Shown in pieces: positions 56,901-64,000 of a stretch of DNA of 64,000 nt. Each line of letters starts with the position of its first letter. Positions within the stretch are counted from its first letter, which is position 1. Origin of the DNA: Candidatus Latescibacterota bacterium. GTDB taxonomy: Bacteria > Latescibacterota > UBA2968 > UBA8231. The notes below the pieces were generated by a model that made no database searches, was not told where the DNA came from, and was given only the letters and a program-made list of their open reading frames with translations. Location of the stretch: contig CBDCDC010000002.1 of assembly GCA_965215195.1 (NCBI GenBank), forward strand, positions 4,384,001 through 4,448,000, written 5' to 3'. The translations under genes and the position numbers were made by a program.

Positions 56901-59858
56901 TTGATCTGCGACGCCGAGAACATTGCCGAGCACATCCGCTTTCTCAAACGCCGCATCTTGGGCAACGAGGTCGTCCATCACCAGACCTTGCCGGCGCGCC
57001 CGGCGCGCCTAGTCCGCGACCTGTCTGGCCTGCCTCCGGCCATGGCTCGCATCCTCGCAATCGCCGGCATTCCCGCGCTTTATACACACCAGGCCGAGGG
57101 CATCCAAAAAGTGCTGGAGGGCGAGCACGTGGCTATTGCCACGCCCACGGCCTCGGGCAAGACCTTGGTGTACAACGCGCCCGTGCTGACCACGCTGCTC
57201 GACGACCCGGACGCGCACGCGCTCTACGTGTTCCCACTCAAGGCCCTAGAGCAGGATCAGTTCGACGAGCTAAGCGGGCTGATGCAGGGCTTGGGCGGTG
57301 CGTTGAAAGCGGCCATTTACGATGGCGACACCACCGCCCACCGCCGCCGGCAAATTCGCACCAAGCCGCCGCAGGTCCTCTTTACCACGCCGGACATGCT
57401 GCACTCGGGCATCCTCGCCTTCCACGAGGCTTGGGCCGGCTTTTTTGCCCGCCTGCGCTACGTGGTCATCGACGAGCTGCACGCGTATAGCGGCGTCTTT
57501 GGCACCCACGTCCTGCACCTTTTTCGCCGCTTAAACCGCATCTGTGCACACTACGGGGCCGATCCGCTGTACATCACCAGCTCGGCGACGATGGGCAATC
57601 CCCGCGAGTTAGCGGGCGAGCTGCTCAACCGCTCCTTTTGCGCCATTGAGGACCATGGTGCGCCGGCCGCGGTGCGCCACTTCGTGTTTGTCAACCCGAG
57701 CGAAAGCCCCAACACCCTCGCGGCCCACGTGCTGCGCACCAGCGTACTCAAAGACTACCGCACGATTGTCTTCACCCGCGCCCGCATCACCACCGAACTC
57801 GTGTACCGCTGGGCCACCCAGAGCCGCCCGGACTTGCGGGAGCGGATTTCCTCGTATCGCGCTGGCTATTTGCCCACCGAGCGCCGCCAGATTGAGCAGG
57901 CGCTCAACGCCGGCCAGCTCATGGGCGTGGTGGCCACGTCGGCCTTGGAGTTGGGCATTGACATCGGCGGCTTGGACATCTGCGTGTTGGTCGGCTATCC
58001 GGGTTCGATCATCAACACTTGGCAACGCGCCGGCCGCGTGGGCCGCGCCGGCCGCGAGTCCCTAATCCTCCTCATCGCGTCGCCCGACGCCCTCGACCAG
58101 TACTTTATGCGGCACCCAAGGGAGTTTTTCGCACGCGACCTAGAGGACGCCGTGGTGGATCCGACGAACCAGTACATCCTCAAAAACCACCTTGCGTGCG
58201 CGGCGCGCGAACTGCCCCTTGCCGCCCGCGAACCCGAGTACGCGCTGCCCAACTATCAGGAGGCGGTTGATGCTCTGACTGAAGAGGGCGCACTGCTGCA
58301 AAATGCCGAAGGCGACGCTTGGTTTGCCGCGCGCAAGCAGCCGCACCGCTTGGTCAATATGCGCACCATTGGCGAGTCGTATAGCATCGTCGATCGCCAC
58401 AACGACCCGATCGGCACGGTCAGCGGCGGCCAAGTGTACGGCGAGTGCTACCAAGGCGCGATTTACCTGCACCGCGGCCGCCAGTACGAGATCGGTGACC
58501 GCAATCCCGAGCGGGGCCAGATCTACGCCGAGGAGGTAGATGTGGCGTACTTCACCCGCGCCCGCACGGAAAAGGACACCGAGATCTTAGAGGAGCTGCG
58601 CTCGCGGCCCTTGAAGGGCTTTATGGCGCGGCTGGGCCGGCTCAAGGTCAGCTCGCAGGTGGTGGGCTACGAAAAGATCCGCGTCGGCGACCAAGTCGTT
58701 CTCAGCAAACACCCCCTAGCGTCGCCGGTGGAGCACTTTGAGACGATTGGCTTCTGGATCGAACTCGATGCCCATTTCAAGGCCGACCTCAGCCGCCACC
58801 AGCACCACTACATGGGTTCGATCCACGCCATTGAACACGCCGTGAAGTCGCTCTTTCCCCTGCTGGCCTTGTGCGACCGCACGGATGTCGGGGGGATTTG
58901 CTATCCCCAGCACCCCCAGCTCGGCAAAGGCGCGATTTTTGTGTACGACTATCACCCCGGCGGCATTGGCCTCGCGGAAAAGGGCTTTGCCCAGCTCGAC
59001 CGCCTCTTGGACATGACGCGGGCCATGGTCGAAACCTGCGATTGTGCGCTCGGCTGCCCGTCTTGCATCCACTTCCCCACGTGCGGCGCGGGCAACGTCC
59101 CCCTCGACAAAGACGGAGCGATTCACCTGCTCGGGGTGCTCACGGGCCGCCGGGCCATTGAGCGCACCCCGTCCACCGCCGAGGTCGCAGACGCGCCGCC
59201 GATCTTCGCCGAATGGGAAGAGGAGGAAAGCGCAGAGGACGCGCCGCCCGAACAAGGCCCGCATGTGGTTGTGTTCGACCTCGAAACCCAGCGCTCGGCC
59301 GCCGAGGTCGGCGGCTGGAACAAGGCCCACATGATGGGCATGTCGGTCGGCGTGGTGTGGGACAGCCGTACGCAGGCCTGCACCGCGTATTTTGAGGAAG
59401 ACATTGATCGACTGCTGAAGCACTTGCAGGCGGCCGATTTGATCGTCGGCTTCAACATCATTGGCTTTGACTATTCGGTCTTGCGCGGGTACAGCCCATT
59501 CGACTTCCGCACGCTCAACACGCTCGACATGCTGCGCGAGATCCACCAACGGCTGCGCTACCGAGTGAGCCTTGACGCGCTGGGCAAGGCCACGCTCAAC
59601 GCGCCCAAGAGCGCCGATGGGCTGGACGCGCTCCGCTGGTTCAAGGAGGGGCGGCTGGACTTGATTGCCGAGTACTGCCAAAAGGACGTGGAGCTGACCC
59701 GCGATCTGTTCTACTTCGGGCTGCGCGAAAACTACCTGCTCTTCGACCGCCGCAACGAGGGTCGCATGCGCATCCCGCTCAACTGGAAGCTAAAGGACTT
59801 GGTGCGCGGGACTGACGCGATTGCCCGCAGCCTGGATAAAGGGCAGATTAGGAACTGA
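56901..59858 (+). CDS. DEAD/DEAH helicase with DUF1998 (MrfA/Hrq1-like) fused to RNase H-like exonuclease (MrfB/YprB-like)
   Basis: TPTASGKT, DELH, SAT, QRAGRVGR, C.C..GCPSC; C-terminal VFDLETQ, GFNIIGFDY, YCQKDV. Confidence 0.9.
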   Translation: MICDAENIAEHIRFLKRRILGNEVVHHQTLPARPARLVRDLSGLPPAMARILAIAGIPALYTHQAEGIQKVLEGEHVAIATPTASGKTLVYNAPVLTTLLDDPDAHALYVFPLKALEQDQFDELSGLMQGLGGALKAAIYDGDTTAHRRRQIRTKPPQVLFTTPDMLHSGILAFHEAWAGFFARLRYVVIDELHAYSGVFGTHVLHLFRRLNRICAHYGADPLYITSSATMGNPRELAGELLNRSFCAIEDHGAPAAVRHFVFVNPSESPNTLAAHVLRTSVLKDYRTIVFTRARITTELVYRWATQSRPDLRERISSYRAGYLPTERRQIEQALNAGQLMGVVATSALELGIDIGGLDICVLVGYPGSIINTWQRAGRVGRAGRESLILLIASPDALDQYFMRHPREFFARDLEDAVVDPTNQYILKNHLACAARELPLAAREPEYALPNYQEAVDALTEEGALLQNAEGDAWFAARKQPHRLVNMRTIGESYSIVDRHNDPIGTVSGGQVYGECYQGAIYLHRGRQYEIGDRNPERGQIYAEEVDVAYFTRARTEKDTEILEELRSRPLKGFMARLGRLKVSSQVVGYEKIRVGDQVVLSKHPLASPVEHFETIGFWIELDAHFKADLSRHQHHYMGSIHAIEHAVKSLFPLLALCDRTDVGGICYPQHPQLGKGAIFVYDYHPGGIGLAEKGFAQLDRLLDMTRAMVETCDCALGCPSCIHFPTCGAGNVPLDKDGAIHLLGVLTGRRAIERTPSTAEVADAPPIFAEWEEEESAEDAPPEQGPHVVVFDLETQRSAAEVGGWNKAHMMGMSVGVVWDSRTQACTAYFEEDIDRLLKHLQAADLIVGFNIIGFDYSVLRGYSPFDFRTLNTLDMLREIHQRLRYRVSLDALGKATLNAPKSADGLDALRWFKEGRLDLIAEYCQKDVELTRDLFYFGLRENYLLFDRRNEGRMRIPLNWKLKDLVRGTDAIARSLDKGQIRN

Positions 59859-60155
59859 CGTTACGCAGCCTTTGCCATTGGGAACGACAAGGAGGAGCGG
59901 GGAATAACCTGTGCTAGGCTGGATGCCCCGCCTTGCGGCGCGGTGACGCACGGGAATGACGAGAGGCTAGCTCAACCGTGGATCATGCTGTTCTGCTGAG
60001 TCTTTCGGCTTGGCTCGAGATAAGGAGTCGCTTCCCCTCGCCGGTCCTGCCGACTTCACCGCGCCTTTAGGCGAGACCGCATCTCATCCCTAAAGACCCA
60101 TGCCTAGCACTGGCGTGTACCAAAATTTTTAATTCATAGAGGAGCGAAGTACGAG

Positions 60156-61352
60156 ATGAAAATCACCGATCTCAAGTGCGCGGTCATCGGCAACAACCCG
60201 GTCGTGCGCATCAATACCGACGAGGGCCTCTACGGCCTCGGGGAAGTTGAGGCGAGCAAGCCCTACCTCAAGCCCCACGTGCTGTTCTACAAGGACTTCA
60301 TCCTCGGCGAGGACCCGACCGACGTCGAGCGGGTGATGCTCAAGATACGGCGCTTGGGCAGCTTCAAGCCTTGGGGCAGCGCGGTCAGCGCGATTGAAAT
60401 GGCGCTGTGGGACATTGCCGGCAAGGCCGTGGGCGCACCCGTGTACAAGCTGCTCGGCGGCAAAATCCGCGACCGAGTGCGAGTGTACAATGGCGCAGTG
60501 CGCTTCCCCATGGAGGGAGGGCAGTCGCCCGAGAACTACGCTAAAAACATGCAGCGCATGAAGGACGCGCCGCAAAACTTCAGCATCATCAAGCAGGGCC
60601 TCGCCTTTCACGGCGGGCGGATCACCGAGTCGCCCGAACATTTCTACGGCACCCACCAGGCCGGCCCGTTCCACGCCAATCGCGGCCCCTTGAGCGAACG
60701 CGGCCTCAACTACATTGTCGATTGCATCCGTGCGATGAAGGAAGTGTGCGGCGACGAGGTCGGCTTGGCGCTGGACTTAGGCCCGGGCTTTCTCGTGCCA
60801 GACGCGCTGCGCTTGGCTCGGGCCGTTGAAGACCTCAACGTGGCTTGGCTGGAAGACATGCTCACCGGCGATTACGTCCCCTACGTTTCCGCGGATCACT
60901 ACCGAGAGGTTACGCAGAGCACCTCGACCCCGATCCACACTGGCGAGCAGATCTACTTGCGGCACAATTTTCAAGACCTAATCGAGAAGCGCGCGGTAGA
61001 TATCATCGGCCCGGATCCCTGCGACATCGGCGGGATCGCCGAGCTCAAGTGGGTGGCCGAATACGCCGATCTGCACGGCATCCTCATGGCGCCCCACGGC
61101 GTGCTCGACGGCCTGTTGGGTTTGGCAGCCCTAGTCCAAGTCGCTGCGACCCTGCCGCAAAACTACCTCGCGTTTGAATATCCGACCGGCCAGCCCGAGT
61201 GGTGGTACGACATCGTCGAGGGCTTGCCCGACCCGATTGTGGTCGATAGCCATATCGCCGTTTGGGACGCGCCCGGGATGGGCGTCGATTTAATCGCCGA
61301 AGAAGCGCGGCGCTATTTGCGCGAGGAAGACGCCGACTTTTTTGACTTATAA
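60156..61352 (+). CDS. Mandelate racemase/muconate lactonizing (enolase superfamily) enzyme
   Basis: MKITDLK, SAIEMALWDIAGK..G.PVYKLLGGK.RD, WLED, HTGEQ, PGMGV. Confidence 0.92.
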   Translation: MKITDLKCAVIGNNPVVRINTDEGLYGLGEVEASKPYLKPHVLFYKDFILGEDPTDVERVMLKIRRLGSFKPWGSAVSAIEMALWDIAGKAVGAPVYKLLGGKIRDRVRVYNGAVRFPMEGGQSPENYAKNMQRMKDAPQNFSIIKQGLAFHGGRITESPEHFYGTHQAGPFHANRGPLSERGLNYIVDCIRAMKEVCGDEVGLALDLGPGFLVPDALRLARAVEDLNVAWLEDMLTGDYVPYVSADHYREVTQSTSTPIHTGEQIYLRHNFQDLIEKRAVDIIGPDPCDIGGIAELKWVAEYADLHGILMAPHGVLDGLLGLAALVQVAATLPQNYLAFEYPTGQPEWWYDIVEGLPDPIVVDSHIAVWDAPGMGVDLIAEEARRYLREEDADFFDL

Positions 61353-61375
61353 GAGATAGAGCAGAAAGGAAAGGT

Positions 61376-62341
61376 ATGCGTGCGGCACAGCTAGTCGCCC
61401 CTCGCCAGTGGGAAATTATCGAGACCGCCAAACCCCAGCCAACCGCCGGCCAGATGCTCGTGCGGATGGAACGGGTCGCGGTCTGTGGCAGCGACAAGCC
61501 GCCGTTTTGCGGCGTTCACAAGCGCTATCCGCAGCCGCCCGGGGCCACTGGGCACGAAGGCATGGGCGCGGTTGAAGCCTGCCCGTCGGGTCGCTATCGA
61601 GCGGGCGAGCGGGTGCTGTTGTGGGGATTTGACCGCGGGCTTTTCCAAGAGTACGTCCTCGCCAAGGACGATGGCAACTGCATCCGCCTGCCCGGCGACC
61701 TGCCCGAGGAAAAGGTGCTGATGAGCCAGCTCTTGGGCACGGTGATCCACAGCTTCTACAAGCTGGGCAACATCATCAACCAAGACGTCGTGGTGATCGG
61801 CCAAGGGCCGGTGGGACTGCTGTTCAACGCGGTATTGCGCAACTTGGGTGCCCGGCGGATCATGGCGATCGACCCACTCGCTTACCGCCTCGAAGTCGCC
61901 TGCCAGATGGGGGCCACGCACGCGCTCAACCTCGCCGAGGATCCGGTCGCTGCCATCGCCGAGATCACCGATGGTGCCATGGCCGATCTCGCGGTTGAGG
62001 CTACCGGCGTCTCCCAGTCCTTTGACTTGATTCCCGCTCTCTGCCGCCGCAACGCCCAAGTCGTATGCTTTGGCGTCCCCGACAAGGAGCACACCGAAGG
62101 CTTGGTGACGGTCAAAATGTTGGACCTGTTGCGCCAAGAACTGCGCTTGATTTTCTCGATCGGCCCCAATCCCGACCGCGACTACCGGCCCGCGCTCGAT
62201 TGGATCGTCCAAGGCCGCATTGACGTGGCACCGATCGTCAGCCACGTCCTGCCCTTTGCCGAGATTCAGCGGGCCTTTGCCATGGCCTTCGACGATCCCG
62301 AGCCACACCAAGCCCTGAAAGTCGTGCTCAAATTTCCCTGA
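61376..62341 (+). CDS. Zinc-binding (MDR) alcohol dehydrogenase
   Basis: VCGSD, GHEGMG, VIGQGPVGL, ALKVVLKF. Confidence 0.9.
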   Translation: MRAAQLVAPRQWEIIETAKPQPTAGQMLVRMERVAVCGSDKPPFCGVHKRYPQPPGATGHEGMGAVEACPSGRYRAGERVLLWGFDRGLFQEYVLAKDDGNCIRLPGDLPEEKVLMSQLLGTVIHSFYKLGNIINQDVVVIGQGPVGLLFNAVLRNLGARRIMAIDPLAYRLEVACQMGATHALNLAEDPVAAIAEITDGAMADLAVEATGVSQSFDLIPALCRRNAQVVCFGVPDKEHTEGLVTVKMLDLLRQELRLIFSIGPNPDRDYRPALDWIVQGRIDVAPIVSHVLPFAEIQRAFAMAFDDPEPHQALKVVLKFP

Positions 62342-62365
62342 CTCTGAGCGGAAAGGCATCCCATC

Positions 62366-63604
62366 ATGCAAGTCGCCCAAATCGAAATCCACGAGATCGC
62401 GCTGGCCTACCGCGACTGGATCGCCTATCCGCTCAACCACTACTACGGCCCGGCGCGCCGCACGATCTACATCGCCCACACCGACGATGGCCGGATGGGC
62501 CTCGGCGAGAGCGGGCGCACCGAGCCGCAGGAGACCATTGACCAATACATCGGCAGCAACCCCTTTGACTGGATCGGCGACGAGACTTCGCTGGGGTTGG
62601 GCACGGCCATGTACGACCTGATGGGGCAGGCCGCCGGCGTCCCCGTCTATAAGCTGTTCGGCCAGAAGTATCGGTCGTTTGTACCCGTGGGTGCGTGGAC
62701 CGTATCGACTCATCCCCAGCACATGGCCGAGGCCGTGACCCGCTACGCGGCGCAGGGCTACACTTGGCTAAAGTACCACCTTTCGCCCTTTGAAAACGTC
62801 TTTGACCAGACCGCGGCCATGCAGGCGGTCGCGCCGCCCGGCTTCAAAATCCACTACGACTTCACCATGCACGGCACGGACGACCACATGCCCGAGCTGG
62901 TGGAAAAATTAGCCGCATATCCGATTGCCGGTTGCTTTGAGGACCCGTTGCCGCCCGGGGACATCGAAGGCTACATCGACCTGCGCAAGCGGGCCAAGCG
63001 GCCCATCGTCTTGCACCACTTCCCGCTGGGGGCCACCTATGAGGTGCTAATGGAGCCAGCCGACATCTACATGCTCGGGCACGCAAAAATCGGCGACGCC
63101 ATGCGCCGTGCCGGTTTGTTTGCTGCTGCGGGCAAGCCCTTTATGCTGCAAAACGTCGGCGGTGCCATCACCCGCGCCATGGTCGTGCACATGATGGCCG
63201 CCGCGCCCACGGCCACCTTCCACTGCCACAACGATTGCGAAGTCTGGCAAAGCGACGTGGTAGAAGAGCGGCTGGACCCGATCAACGGCTTTGTGCGGGT
63301 GCCGGAAAAACCGGGGCTGGGGCTGACCTTGGACCGGAGGGAGTTGGAGCGGCTGAAGGCGCTGGAGCTGCCCGCACAAGACAAGTGGATCATCAAATCG
63401 CGCTCCAAAAACGGCGCCCGCATGTACAACATCGCCGATCCGGCCCACTCGATTTTCATGGTGCGGCCCGACCGCAACCGCCTGATGCCCATGAGCTATG
63501 CCGCGCCCATTGAGACCGAGTATTGGGACGACGACGGGACGGAGGAGTACCGGGCGATGTTCGGCCGGATTGAGCGCGAGGGAATGGTGCTGGAGCGGGC
63601 GTAG
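62366..63604 (+). CDS. Enolase-superfamily (mandelate racemase-like) enzyme with C-terminal extension
   Basis: AMYDLMGQAAGVPVYKLFG, LKYH, FEDP, VPEKPGLGLTLD. Confidence 0.85.
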   Translation: MQVAQIEIHEIALAYRDWIAYPLNHYYGPARRTIYIAHTDDGRMGLGESGRTEPQETIDQYIGSNPFDWIGDETSLGLGTAMYDLMGQAAGVPVYKLFGQKYRSFVPVGAWTVSTHPQHMAEAVTRYAAQGYTWLKYHLSPFENVFDQTAAMQAVAPPGFKIHYDFTMHGTDDHMPELVEKLAAYPIAGCFEDPLPPGDIEGYIDLRKRAKRPIVLHHFPLGATYEVLMEPADIYMLGHAKIGDAMRRAGLFAAAGKPFMLQNVGGAITRAMVVHMMAAAPTATFHCHNDCEVWQSDVVEERLDPINGFVRVPEKPGLGLTLDRRELERLKALELPAQDKWIIKSRSKNGARMYNIADPAHSIFMVRPDRNRLMPMSYAAPIETEYWDDDGTEEYRAMFGRIEREGMVLERA

Positions 63605-63617
63605 GGATTAAAGCGAA

Positions 63618-64000
63618 TTACCTCCAACGCGCCCTTACAGCGAACTCGATCAACTCCTTCTTGGAATTGCGCTTCCTGATCGGAACGCACTCCACGTTGG
63701 AGAATCCGAGTTGGGACAACATCTCCGCATAGATTTGCTCGACGGGGACTAAGACTCCATAAAACGTTGAATTGCCAACGATGTAGTGGATCCTCGCTCC
63801 ATTGTTGAGTACGCCGATCAGCGATTGAAAGTGGCTCCACATATCGCTGAAGTACTTCGACGCGTAGTTCGCCAAAAGTTGGCCATTCTTGTTTTCTGCT
63901 TTTCTGATTCCTGCCACTGTATCGCTCAGAAGTTTAGATTGGAACCCGTGCGATGGAGCCGTCCATTTTCCTAGTCTGCTGGTAGCAACCCCCCAAGTTC
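63618..64000 (-). CDS. Site-specific DNA methyltransferase, C-terminal part (5' end outside the window)
   Basis: Frame is open to the window edge: TWGVATSRL...LLANY..KYFSDM...RIHYIVGNSTFYG...RKRNSKKEL.E; lower GC than the flanks. Confidence 0.7.
   Translation of the reverse strand, partial: TWGVATSRLGKWTAPSHGFQSKLLSDTVAGIRKAENKNGQLLANYASKYFSDMWSHFQSLIGVLNNGARIHYIVGNSTFYGVLVPVEQIYAEMLSQLGFSNVECVPIRKRNSKKELIEFAVRARWR

Noticed and set aside
59870-60150. ncRNA or tRNA in the intergenic gap
   Set aside because: No cloverleaf, T-loop or known motif recognisable by eye.
61391-62722. 443-aa minus-strand ORF and many similar antisense ORFs
   Set aside because: Antisense shadows typical of GC-rich coding DNA; no motifs.

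Overview
GC-rich bacterial chromosome segment with no rRNA, tRNA or CRISPR array visible. The gene content suggests an FCB-related candidate lineage such as Latescibacterota or Handelsmanbacteria, possibly host- or sponge-associated; this is inference from FlgD/T9SS-like C-terminal domains, a C-terminal TWGRIK motif, CRTAC1 proteins, DUF6785 and an internalin-like LRR lipoprotein. The left ~36 kb is almost all cell-envelope genes: four paralogous large secreted proteins (the three complete ones share a PNPFTPNxDGxND...AY C-terminal module; the fourth is cut by the window edge), three GT-C glycosyltransferase-TPR fusions, two CRTAC1/ASPIC-UnbV proteins, a PpiC lipoprotein, an SGNH-TPR protein, a Cys-less FGE-fold protein, a DUF6785 membrane protein and a 904-aa putative outer-membrane protein. 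Together they are a candidate undescribed secretion/glycosylation/surface-display system. The right part holds glnS, dapL, an RHH regulator coupled to nadA, sugar-acid/sulfate catabolic enzymes, flotillin-NfeD, an M20 peptidase, a sigma54-type hsp20, a MrfA-MrfB-like helicase-nuclease fusion and the end of a DNA methyltransferase. Signs of mobility and decay include a two-copy MITE with 9-bp target duplications (one nested in a deleted IS982), two HAD pseudogenes and a 437-bp tandem duplication.
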